In this document: piece after piece, positions 1-11,800 of the stretch | Numbering within the stretch: position 1 is the stretch's first letter | How the letters are laid out: each line of letters opens with the position of its first letter | Assembly: GCA_002269645.1 (NCBI GenBank) | Contig: NIVC01000727.1 | Coordinates: 1-23,848, forward strand | Length of the DNA: 23,848 nt | Direction: 5' to 3' | DNA from: Macrostomum lignano | Lineage: Eukaryota | Translations under genes and position numbers: made by a program | Notes under the pieces: model-generated | The model's database searches: none | The model's input: the letters and a program-made list of their open reading frames with translations, nothing else | What the model was told of the DNA's origin: nothing

Positions 1-2300
1 GTCCATCTCATGTCCTTAGTGTCCATCTCAGTGTCCTAAGTGTCCATCTTAAGTGTCCTTTAGTGTCCATCTTAGTGTCCTTAGTGTCCATCTCAGTGTC
101 CTTAGTGTCCATCTCACTGTCCTTAGTGTCCATCTCAGTGTCCTAAGTGTCCATCTTAGTGTCCTTAAGTGTCCATCTTAGTGTCCTAGTGTCCATCTCG
201 TGTCCTAGTGTCCATCTTAGTGTCCTTAGTGTCCATCTCAGTGTCCTTAGTGTCCATCTCAGTGTCCTTAGTGTCCATCTCAGTGTCCTTAGTGTCCATC
301 TCAACTGTCCTTAGTGTCCATCTCAGTGTCCTAAGTGTCCATCTCAGTGTCCTAGTGTCCATCTAGTGTCCTTAAGTGTCCATCTTAGTGTCCTTAGTGT
401 CCATCTTAGTGTCCTTAGTGTCCATCTCACTGTCTCTTAGTGTCCATCTCAGTGTCCTAAGTGTCCATCTTATGTCCTTAGTGTCCATCTTAGTGTCCTT
501 AGTGTCCATCCTTAGTGTCCTTAGTGTCCATCCTCAGTGTCCTTAGTGTCCATCTCAGTGTCCTTAGTGTCCATCTCAGTGTCCTTAGTGTCCATCTCAG
601 TGTTCCTTAGTGTCCATCTCAGTGTCCTAAGTGTCCATCTTAGTGTCCTTAGTGTCCATCTCTAGTGTCCTTAGTGTCCATCTCAGTGTCCTAAGTGTCC
701 ATCTTAGTGTCCTTAGTGTCCATCTTAGTGTCCTTAGTGTCCATCTCACTGTCTTAGTGTCCATCTCAGTGTCCTAAGTGTCCATCTTAGTGTCCTTAGT
801 GTCCATCTTAGTGTCCTTAGTGTCCATCTCAGTGTCCTTAGTGTCCATCTTCAGTGTCCTTAGTGTCGCATCTTATGTCCTTAGTGTCCATCTCAGTGTC
901 CTTAGTGTCCATCTTAGTGTCCTAAGTGTCCATCTCAGTGTCTAGTGTCCATCTCAGTGTCCTTAGTGTCCATCTTAGTGTCCTTAGTGTCCATCTAGTG
1001 TCCTAGTGTCCCATCTTAGTGTCCCTAATGTCCATCTTAGTGTCCTTAGTGTCCATCTTAGTGTCCTTTAGTGTCCATCTCAGTGTCCTTAGTGTCCATC
1101 TCACTGTCCTTAGTGTCCATCTAGTGTCCTAGTGTCCATCTTAGTGTCCTAAGTGTCCATCTTAGTGTCCTTAGTGTCCATCTTAGTGTCCTTAGTGTCC
1201 ATCTCAGTGTCCTAGTGTCCATGCTCAGTGTCCTAGTGTCCATCTCAGTGTCTTAGTGTCCATCTTAGTGTCCTTAGTGTCCATCTCAGTGTCCTTAGTG
1301 TCCATCTCAGTGTCTTAGTGTCCATCTTAGTGTCCTAAGTGTCCATCTTAGTGTCCTTAGTGTCCATCTTAGTGTCCTTAGTGTCCATCTCAGTGTCCTT
1401 AGTGTCCATCTCACTGTCCTTAGTGTCCATCTCAGTGTCCTAAGTGTCCATCTTAGTGTCCTTAGTGTCCATCTCAGTGTCCTAAGTGTCCATCTCAGTG
1501 TCCTTAGTGTCCATCTCACTGTCTTTAGTGTCCATCTCAGTGTCCTAAGTGTCCATCTTAGTGTCCTTAGTGTCCATCTTAGTGTCCTTAGTGTCCATCT
1601 CAGTGTCCTAGTGTCCATCTCATGTCCTTAGTGTCCATCTCAGTGTCCTAGTGTCCATCTCTTAGTGTCCTTAGTGTCCATCTTAGTGTCCTTAGTGTCC
1701 ATCTCAGTGTCCTTAGTGTCCATCTTAGTGTCCTTAGTGTCCATCTCAGTGTCCTTAGTGTCCATCTTAGTGTCCTTAGTGTCCATCTTAGTGTCCTAGT
1801 GTCCATTCTTAGTGTCCTTAGTGTCCATCTTAGTGTCCTTGTGTCATCTCAGTGTCCTTAGTGTCCATCTCAGTGTCCTTAGTGTCCATCTCACTGTCCT
1901 TAGTGTCCATCTAGTGTCCTAAGTGTCCATCTTAGTGTCTTAGTGTCCATCTCAGTGTCCTTAGTGTCCATCTCAGTGTCCTTAGTGTCCATCTTAGTGT
2001 CCTTAGTGTCCATCTCAGTGTCCTAAGTGTCCATCTCAGTGTCCTAGTGTCCATCTTAGTGTCCTTAGTGTCCATCTCAGTGTCCTTAGTGTCCATCTCA
2101 GTGTCCTTAGTGTCCATCTTAGTGTCCTTAGTGTCCATCTCAGTGTCCTTAGTGTCCATCTCAGTGTCCTAGTGTCCATTCAGTGTCCTTAGTGTCCATC
2201 TTAGTGTCCTTAGTGTCCATCTCAGTGTCCTTAGTGTCCATCTCAGTGTCCTTAGTGTCCATCTCAGTGTCCTTAGTGTCCATCTCACTGTCTTAGTGTC
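1..2300. repeat. Left array domain: variant-rich (A, B, S, K units) and indel-rich
   Basis: Contains CTCACTG (S-type, last at 2288), K at ~1518 and frequent CCTAAG. About 15 single-base indels counted by eye in the first ~600 bp. Boundary is approximate. Confidence 0.75.
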
Positions 2301-5300
2301 CATCATGTCCAGTGTCCATCTAGTGTCCTAAGTGTCCATCTTAGTGTCCTTAGTGTCCATCTTAGTGTCCTTAGTGTCCATCTCAGTGTCCTAGTGTCCA
2401 TCTCAGTGTCCTTAGTGTCCATCTCAGTGTCCTTAGTGTCCATCTCAGTGTCCTTAGTGTCCATCTCAGTGTCCTTAGTGTCCATCTCAGTGTCCTTAGT
2501 GTCCATCTCAGTGTCCTTAGTGTCCATCTTAGTGTCCTTAGTGTCCATCTTAGTGTCCTTAGTGTCCATCTCAGTGTCCTTAGTGTCCATCTCAGTGTCC
2601 TTAGTGTCCATCTTAGTGTCCTTAGTGTCCATCTTAGTGTCCTTAGTGTCCATCTTCAGTGTCCTTAGTGTCCATCTTAGTGTCCTTAGTGTCCATCTTA
2701 GTGTCCTTAGTGTCCATCTTAGTGTCCTTAGTGTCCATCTCAGTGTCCTTAGTGTCCATCTTAGTGTCCTTAGTGTCCATCTCAGTGTCCTTAGTGTCCA
2801 TCTCAGTGTCCTTAGTGTCCATCTTAGTGTCCTTAGTGTCCATCTCAGTGTCCTTAGTGTCCATCTCAGTGTCCTTAGTGTCCATCTTAGTGTCCTTAGT
2901 GTCCATCTTAGTGTCCTTAGTGTCCATCTCAGTGTCCTTAGTGTCCATCTCAGTGTCCTTAGTGTCCATCTAGTGTCCTTAGTGTCCATCTCAGTGTCCT
3001 TAGTGTCCATCTAGTGTCCTTAGTGTCCATCTTAGTGTCCTTAGTGTCCATCTCAGTGTCCTTAGTGTCCATCTCAGTGTCCTTAGTGTCCATCTAGTGT
3101 CCTTAGTGTCCATCTTAGTGTCCTTAGTGTCCATCTCAGTGTCCTTAGTGTCCATCTCAGTGTCCTTAGTGTCCATCTCAGTGTCCTTAGTGTCCATCTC
3201 AGTGTCCTTAGTGTCCATCTCAGTGTCCTTAGTGTCCATCTCAGTGTCCTTAGTGTCCATCTCAGTGTCCTTAGTGTCCATCTTAGTGTCCTTAGTGTCC
3301 ATCTTAGTGTCCTTAGTGTCCATCTTAGTGTCCTTAGTGTCCATCTCAGTGTCCTTAGTGTCCATCTCAGTGTCCTTAGTGTCCATCTCAGTGTCCTAAG
3401 TGTCCATCTTAGTGTCCTAAGTGTCCATCTTAGTGTCCTTAGTGTCCATCTCAGTGTCCTTAGTGTCCATCTCAGTGTCCTTAGTGTCCATCTCAGTGTC
3501 CTTAGTGTCCATCTCAGTGTCCTTAGTGTCCATCTCAGTGTCCTTAGTGTCCATCTCAGTGTCCTTAGTGTCCATCTTAGTGTCCTTAGTGTCCATCTCA
3601 GTGTCCTTAGTGTCCATCTCAGTGTCCTTAGTGTCCATCTTAGTGTCCTTAGTGTCCATCTTCAGTGTCCTTAGTGTCCATCTCAGTGTCCTTAGTGTCC
3701 ATCTCAGTGTCCTTAGTGTCCATCTCAGTGTCCTTAGTGTCCATCAGTGTCCTTAGTGTCCATCTTAGTGTCCTTAGTGTCCATCTCAGTGTCCTTAGTG
3801 TCCATCTAGTGTCCTTAGTGTCCATCTCAGTGTCCTTAGTGTCCATCTCAGTGTCCTTAGTGTCCATCTCAGTGTCCTAGTGTCCATCTTAGTGTCCTTA
3901 GTGTCCATCTTAGTGTCCTTAGTGTCCATCTCAGTGTCCTAAGTGTCCATCTCAGTGTCCTAGTGTCCATCTTAGTGTCCTTAGTGTCCATCTCAGTGTC
4001 CTTAGTGTCCATCTCAGTGTCCTAAGTGTCCATCTTAGTGTCCTTAGTGTCCATCTTAGTGTCCTTAGTGTCCATCTCAGTGTCCTTAGTGTCCATCTTA
4101 GTGTCCTTAGTGTCCATCTTAGTGTCCTTAGTGTCCATCTCAGTGTCCTTAGTGTCCATCTAGTGTCCTTAGTGTCCATCTCAGTGTCCTTAGTGTCCAT
4201 CTCAGTGTCCTTAGTGTCCATCTCAGTGTCCTTAGTGTCCATCTAGTGTCCTTAGTGTCCATCTAGTGTCCTTAGTGTCCATCTTAGTGTCCTAAGTGTC
4301 CATCTTAGTGTCCTTAGTGTCCATCTTAGTGTCCTTAGTGTCCATCTCAGTGTCCTTAGTGTCCATCTCAGTGTCCTTAGTGTCCATCTAGTGTCCTAAG
4401 TGTCCATCTTAGTGTCCTTAGTGTCCATCTTAGTGTCCTTAGTGTCCATCTTAGTGTCCTTAGTGTCCATCTCAGTGTCCTAGTGTCCATCTTAGTGTCC
4501 TTAGTGTCCATCTCAGTGTCCTTAGTGTCCATCTCAGTGTCCTTAGTGTCCATCTCAGTGTCCTTAGTGTCCATCTCAGTGTCCTTAGTGTCCATCTCAG
4601 TGTCCTAAGTGTCCATCTTAGTGTCCTTAGTGTCCATCTCAGTGTCCTTAGTGTCCATCTCAGTGTCCTTAGTGTCCATCTCAGTGTCCTTAGTGTCCAT
4701 CTCAGTGTCCAGTGTCCATCTTAGTGTCCTTAGTGTCCATCTCAGTGTCCTTAGTGTCCATCTAGTGTCCTTAGTGTCCATCTCAGTGTCCTTAGTGTCC
4801 ATCTCAGTGTCCTTAGTGTCCATCTAGTGTCCTTAGTGTCCATCTCAGTGTCCTTAGTGTCCATCTCAGTGTCCTTAGTGTCCATCTCAGTGTCCTTAGT
4901 GTCCATCTCAGTGTCCTTAGTGTCCATCTTAGTGTCCTAGTGTCCATCTTAGTGTCCTTAGTGTCCATCTTAGTGTCCTTAGTGTCCATCTTAGTGTCCT
5001 TAGTGTCCATCTTAGTGTCCTTAGTGTCCATCTTAGTGTCCTTAGTGTCCATCTTAGTGTCCTTAGTGTCCATCTAGTGTCCTTAGTGTCCATCTCAGTG
5101 TCCTTAGTGTCCATCTTAGTGTCCTTAGTGTCCATCTCAGTGTCCTTAGTGTCCATCTCAGTGTCCTTAGTGTCCATCTCAGTGTCCTTAGTGTCCATCT
5201 TAGTGTCCTTAGTGTCCATCTTAGTGTCCTTAGTGTCCATCTTAGTGTCCTTAGTGTCCATCTTAGTGTCCTTAGTGTCCATCTCAGTGTCCTTAGTGTC

Positions 5301-8300
5301 CATCTCAGTGTCCTTAGTGTCCATCTTAGTGTCCTTAGTGTCCATCTCAGTGTCCTTAGTGTCCATCTTAGTGTCCTTAGTGTCCATCTTAGTGTCCTTA
5401 GTGTCCATCTCAGTGTCCTTAGTGTCCATCTCAGTGTCCTTAGTGTCCATCTTAGTGTCCTTAGTGTCCATCTCAGTGTCCTTAGTGTCCATCTCAGTGT
5501 CCTTAGTGTCCATCTTAGTGTCCTTAGTGTCCATCTAGTGTCCTTAGTGTCCATCTCAGTGTCCTAGTGTCCATCTTAGTGTCCTTAGTGTCCATCTTAG
5601 TGTCCTTAGTGTCCATCTCAGTGTCCTTAGTGTCCATCTCAGTGTCCTAGTGTCCATCTTAGTGTCCTTAGTGTCCATCTCAGTGTCCTTAGTGTCCATC
5701 TCAGTGTCCTTAGTGTCCATCTTAGTGTCCTTAGTGTCCATCTCAGTGTCCTTAGTGTCCATCTCAGTGTCCTTAGTGTCCATCTCAGTGTCCTAAGTGT
5801 CCATCTAGTGTCCTTAGTGTCCATCTCAGTGTCCTTAGTGTCCATCTCAGTGTCCTTAGTGTCCATCTCAGTGTCCTTAGTGTCCATCTCAGTGTCCTTA
5901 GTGTCCATCTCAGTGTCCTAAGTGTCCATCTTAGTGTCCTTAGTGTCCATCTCAGTGTCCTTAGTGTCCATCTCAGTGTCCTAAGTGTCCATCTTAGTGT
6001 CCTTAGTGTCCATCTCAGTGTCCTTAGTGTCCATCTCAGTGTCCTTAGTGTCCATCTAGTGTCCTTAGTGTCCATCTCAGTGTCCTTAGTGTCCATCTCA
6101 GTGTCCTTAGTGTCCATCTAGTGTCCTTAGTGTCCATCTCAGTGTCCTTAGTGTCCATCTCAGTGTCCTTAGTGTCCATCTTAGTGTCCTTAGTGTCCAT
6201 CTTAGTGTCCTTAGTGTCCATCTCAGTGTCCTTAGTGTCCATCTAGTGTCCTTAGTGTCCATCTTAGTGTCCTTAGTGTCCATCTCAGTGTCCTTAGTGT
6301 CCATCTTAGTGTCCTTAGTGTCCATCTCAGTGTCCTTAGTGTCCATCTCAGTGTCCTTAGTGTCCATCTAGTGTCCTTAGTGTCCATCTAGTGTCCTTAG
6401 TGTCCATCTCAGTGTCCTAAGTGTCCATCTTAGTGTCCTTAGTGTCCATCTAGTGTCCTTAGTGTCCATCTCAGTGTCCTTAGTGTCCATCTCAGTGTCC
6501 TAGTGTCCATCTTAGTGTCCTTAGTGTCCATCTCAGTGTCCTTAGTGTCCATCTCAGTGTCCTAGTGTCCATCTTAGTGTCCTTAGTGTCCATCTTAGTG
6601 TCCTTAGTGTCCATCTCAGTGTCCTTAGTGTCCATCTTAGTGTCCTTAGTGTCCATCTTAGTGTCCTTAGTGTCCATCTCAGTGTCCTTAGTGTCCATCT
6701 TAGTGTCCTTAGTGTCCATCTTAGTGTCCTAGTGTCCATCTCAGTGTCCTTAGTGTCCATCTTAGTGTCCTTAGTGTCCATCTTAGTGTCCTTAGTGTCC
6801 ATCTCAGTGTCCTTAGTGTCCATCTTAGTGTCCTTAGTGTCCATCTTAGTGTCCTAGTGTCCATCTTAGTGTCCTAGTGTCCATCTTAGTGTCCTTAGTG
6901 TCCATCTTAGTGTCCTTAGTGTCCATCTCAGTGTCCTTAGTGTCCATCTTAGTGTCCTTAGTGTCCATCTTAGTGTCCTTAGTGTCCATCTCAGTGTCCT
7001 TAGTGTCCATCTCAGTGTCCTTAGTGTCCATCTTAGTGTCCTTAGTGTCCATCTCAGTGTCCTTAGTGTCCATCTCAGTGTCCTTAGTGTCCATCTTAGT
7101 GTCCTTAGTGTCCATCTTAGTGTCCTTAGTGTCCATCTCAGTGTCCTTAGTGTCCATCTAGTGTCCTTAGTGTCCATCTAGTGTCCTTAGTGTCCATCTC
7201 AGTGTCCTTAGTGTCCATCTCAGTGTCCTTAGTGTCCATCTTAGTGTCCTTAGTGTCCATCTCAGTGTCCTTAGTGTCCATCTCAGTGTCCTTAGTGTCC
7301 ATCTCAGTGTCCTTAGTGTCCATCTCAGTGTCCTTAGTGTCCATCTCAGTGTCCTTAGTGTCCATCTCAGTGTCCTTAGTGTCCATCTCAGTGTCCTTAG
7401 TGTCCATCTCAGTGTCCTTAGTGTCCATCTCAGTGTCCTTAAGTGTCCATCTTAGTGTCCTTAGTGTCCATCTCAGTGTCCTTAGTGTCCATCTCAGTGT
7501 CCTTAGTGTCCATCTCAGTGTCCTTAGTGTCCATCTCAGTGTCCTTAGTGTCCATCTAGTGTCCTTAGTGTCCATCTCAGTGTCCTTAGTGTCCATCTCA
7601 GTGTCCTAGTGTCCATCTTAGTGTCCTAGTGTCCATCTCAGTGTCCTTAGTGTCCATCTCAGTGTCCTTAGTGTCCATCTCAGTGTCCTTAGTGTCCATC
7701 TCAGTGTCCTTAGTGTCCATCTCAGTGTCCTTAGTGTCCATCTCAGTGTCCTTAGTGTCCATCTCAGTGTCCTAGTGTCCATCTTAGTGTCCTTAGTGTC
7801 CATCTCAGTGTCCTTAGTGTCCATCTCAGTGTCCTAAGTGTCCATCTCAGTGTCCTTAGTGTCCATCTTAGTGTCCTTAGTGTCCATCTCAGTGTCCTTA
7901 GTGTCCATCTCAGTGTCCTAAGTGTCCATCTTAGTGTCCTTAGTGTCCATCTCAGTGTCCTTAGTGTCCATCTCAGTGTCCTAAGTGTCCATCTTAGTGT
8001 CCTTAGTGTCCATCTTAGTGTCCTTAGTGTCCATCTCAGTGTCCTTAGTGTCCATCTAGTGTCCTTAGTGTCCATCTTAGTGTCCTTAGTGTCCATCTCA
8101 GTGTCCTTAGTGTCCATCTTAGTGTCCTTAGTGTCCATCTTAGTGTCCTTAGTGTCCATCTCAGTGTCCTTAGTGTCCATCTCAGTGTCCTTAGTGTCCA
8201 TCTTAGTGTCCTTAGTGTCCATCTTAGTGTCCTTAGTGTCCATCTAGTGTCCTTAGTGTCCATCTTAGTGTCCTTAGTGTCCATCTTAGTGTCCTTAGTG

Positions 8301-11300
8301 TCCATCTAGTGTCCTTAGTGTCCATCTTAGTGTCCTTAGTGTCCATCTTAGTGTCCTTAGTGTCCATCTTAGTGTCCTTAGTGTCCATCTTAGTGTCCTT
8401 AGTGTCCATCTCAGTGTCCTTAGTGTCCATCTCAGTGTCCTTAGTGTCCATCTCAGTGTCCTTAGTGTCCATCTTAGTGTCCTTAGTGTCCATCTCAGTG
8501 TCCTTAGTGTCCATCTCAGTGTCCTAAGTGTCCATCTTAGTGTCCTAGTGTCCATCTTAGTGTCCTTAGTGTCCATCTCAGTGTCCTTAGTGTCCATCTC
8601 AGTGTCCTAAGTGTCCATCTTAGTGTCCTTAGTGTCCATCTAGTGTCCTTAGTGTCCATCTCAGTGTCCTAAGTGTCCATCTTAGTGTCCTTAGTGTCCA
8701 TCTTAGTGTCCTTAGTGTCCATCTCAGTGTCCTTAGTGTCCATCTTAGTGTCCTTAGTGTCCATCTTAGTGTCCTTAGTGTCCATCTTAGTGTCCTTAGT
8801 GTCCATCTTAGTGTCCTTAGTGTCCATCTAGTGTCCTTAGTGTCCATCTCAGTGTCCTTAGTGTCCATCTAGTGTCCTTAGTGTCCATCTTAGTGTCCTT
8901 AGTGTCCATCTCAGTGTCCTTAGTGTCCATCTTAGTGTCCTTAGTGTCCATCTTAGTGTCCTTAGTGTCCATCTTAGTGTCCTTAGTGTCCATCTTAGTG
9001 TCCTTAGTGTCCATCTCAGTGTCCTTAGTGTCCATCTTAGTGTCCTTAGTGTCCATCTCAGTGTCCTTAGTGTCCATCTCAGTGTCCTTAGTGTCCATCT
9101 AGTGTCCTTAGTGTCCATCTCAGTGTCCTTAGTGTCCATCTCAGTGTCCTTAGTGTCCATCTCAGTGTCCTTAGTGTCCATCTAGTGTCCTTAGTGTCCA
9201 TCTCAGTGTCCTTAGTGTCCATCTTAGTGTCCTTAGTGTCCATCTCAGTGTCCTTAGTGTCCATCTCAGTGTCCTTAGTGTCCATCTCAGTGTCCTTAGT
9301 GTCCATCTAGTGTCCTTAGTGTCCATCTCAGTGTCCTTAGTGTCCATCTCAGTGTCCTAGTGTCCATCTCAGTGTCCTTAGTGTCCATCTTAGTGTCCTT
9401 AGTGTCCATCTCAGTGTCCTTAGTGTCCATCTCAGTGTCCTTAGTGTCCATCTTAGTGTCCTTAGTGTCCATCTAGTGTCCTTAGTGTCCATCTTAGTGT
9501 CCTTAGTGTCCATCTTAGTGTCCTTAGTGTCCATCTTAGTGTCCTTAGTGTCCATCTAGTGTCCTTAGTGTCCATCTTAGTGTCCTTAGTGTCCATCTTA
9601 GTGTCCTTAGTGTCCATCTTAGTGTCCTTAGTGTCCATCTTAGTGTCCTTAGTGTCCATCTTAGTGTCCTTAGTGTCCATCTCAGTGTCCTTAGTGTCCA
9701 TCTCAGTGTCCTTAGTGTCCATCTCAGTGTCCTTAGTGTCCATCTCAGTGTCCTTAGTGTCCATCTTAGTGTCCTTAGTGTCCATCTCAGTGTCCTTAGT
9801 GTCCATCTTAGTGTCCTAGTGTCCATCTTAGTGTCCTTAGTGTCCATCTTAGTGTCCTTAGTGTCCATCTCAGTGTCCTTAGTGTCCATCTCAGTGTCCT
9901 TAGTGTCCATCTAGTGTCCTTAGTGTCCATCTCAGTGTCCTTAGTGTCCATCTCAGTGTCCTTAGTGTCCATCTTAGTGTCCTTAGTGTCCATCTTAGTG
10001 TCCTTAGTGTCCATCTCAGTGTCCTTAGTGTCCATCTCAGTGTCCTTAGTGTCCATCTTAGTGTCCTTAGTGTCCATCTCAGTGTCCTTAGTGTCCATCT
10101 CAGTGTCCTTAGTGTCCATCTTAGTGTCCTTAGTGTCCATCTCAGTGTCCTTAGTGTCCATCTCAGTGTCCTTAGTGTCCATCTTAGTGTCCTAGTGTCC
10201 ATCTTAGTGTCCTTAGTGTCCATCTCAGTGTCCTAGTGTCCATCTCAGTGTCCTAGTGTCCATCTTAGTGTCCTTAGTGTCCATCTCAGTGTCCTTAGTG
10301 TCCATCTCAGTGTCCTTAGTGTCCATCTTAGTGTCCTTAGTGTCCATCTCAGTGTCCTTAGTGTCCATCTAGTGTCCTTAGTGTCCATCTAGTGTCCTTA
10401 GTGTCCATCTCAGTGTCCTTAGTGTCCATCTCAGTGTCCTTAGTGTCCATCTTAGTGTCCTTAGTGTCCATCTCAGTGTCCTAGTGTCCATCTCAGTGTC
10501 CTTAGTGTCCATCTTAGTGTCCTTAGTGTCCATCTCAGTGTCCTTAGTGTCCATCTTAGTGTCCTTAGTGTCCATCTTAGTGTCCTTAGTGTCCATCTTA
10601 GTGTCCTTAGTGTCCATCTTAGTGTCCTTAGTGTCCATCTTAGTGTCCTTAGTGTCCATCTCAGTGTCCTTAGTGTCCATCTCAGTGTCCTTAGTGTCCA
10701 TCTCAGTGTCCTAAGTGTCCATCTTAGTGTCCTTAGTGTCCATCTTAGTGTCCTTAGTGTCCATCTCAGTGTCCTTAGTGTCCATCTCAGTGTCCTTAGT
10801 GTCCATCTCAGTGTCCTTAGTGTCCATCTCAGTGTCCTAAGTGTCCATCTTAGTGTCCTTAGTGTCCATCTCAGTGTCCTTAGTGTCCATCTCAGTGTCC
10901 TTAGTGTCCATCTCAGTGTCCTTAGTGTCCATCTCAGTGTCCTAGTGTCCATCTTAGTGTCCTTAGTGTCCATCTTAGTGTCCTTAGTGTCCATCTCAGT
11001 GTCCTAGTGTCCATCTCAGTGTCCTTAGTGTCCATCTCTGTCCTTAGTGTCCATCTCAGTGTCCTAAGTGTCCATCTTAGTGTCCTTAGTGTCCATCTTA
11101 GTGTCCTTAGTGTCCATCTTAGTGTCCTTAGTGTCCATCTTAGTGTCCTTAGTGTCCATCTTAGTGTCCTTAGTGTCCATCTCAGTGTCCTTAGTGTCCA
11201 TCTCAGTGTCCTTAGTGTCCATCTTAGTGTCCTTAGTGTCCATCTCAGTGTCCTTAGTGTCCATCTTAGTGTCCTTAGTGTCCATCTCAGTGTCCTTAGT

Positions 11301-11800
11301 GTCCATCTCAGTGTCCTTAGTGTCCATCTAGTGTCCTTAGTGTCCATCTCAGTGTCCTTAGTGTCCATCTTAGTGTCCTTAGTGTCCATCTCAGTGTCCT
11401 TAGTGTCCATCTCAGTGTCCTAGTGTCCATCTCAGTGTCCTTAGTGTCCATCTTAGTGTCCTTAGTGTCCATCTCAGTGTCCTTAGTGTCCATCTCAGTG
11501 TCCTTAGTGTCCATCTTAGTGTCCTTAGTGTCCATCTCAGTGTCCTTAGTGTCCATCTCAGTGTCCTAAGTGTCCATCTTAGTGTCCTTAGTGTCCATCT
11601 TAGTGTCCTTAGTGTCCATCTCAGTGTCCTTAGTGTCCATCTCAGTGTCCTTAGTGTCCATCTTAGTGTCCTTAGTGTCCATCTCAGTGTCCTTAGTGTC
11701 CATCTCAGTGTCCTAAGTGTCCATCTTAGTGTCCTTAGTGTCCATCTTAGTGTCCTTAGTGTCCATCTCAGTGTCCTTAGTGTCCATCTCAGTGTCCTTA
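2301..11800. repeat. Central array domain: almost only C and T units, sparse A/B, no S/K/Q/P units seen
   Basis: No CTCACTG seen between 2288 and 11813 (one ambiguous CTCTG at ~11037). ORF translations here lack the V/S substitutions (RTVR, KDSE) that mark S units elsewhere. Boundaries are approximate. Confidence 0.75.

Noticed and set aside
2290-2330. Locally disrupted units (CATCATGTCCAGTG at ~2301; similar at ~4710, ~11037, ~16015, ~20150, ~22610, ~22775) as insertion sites or junctions
   Set aside because: Each is explained by loss or gain of 1-3 bases of the unit with no foreign sequence, consistent with small indels or read errors.
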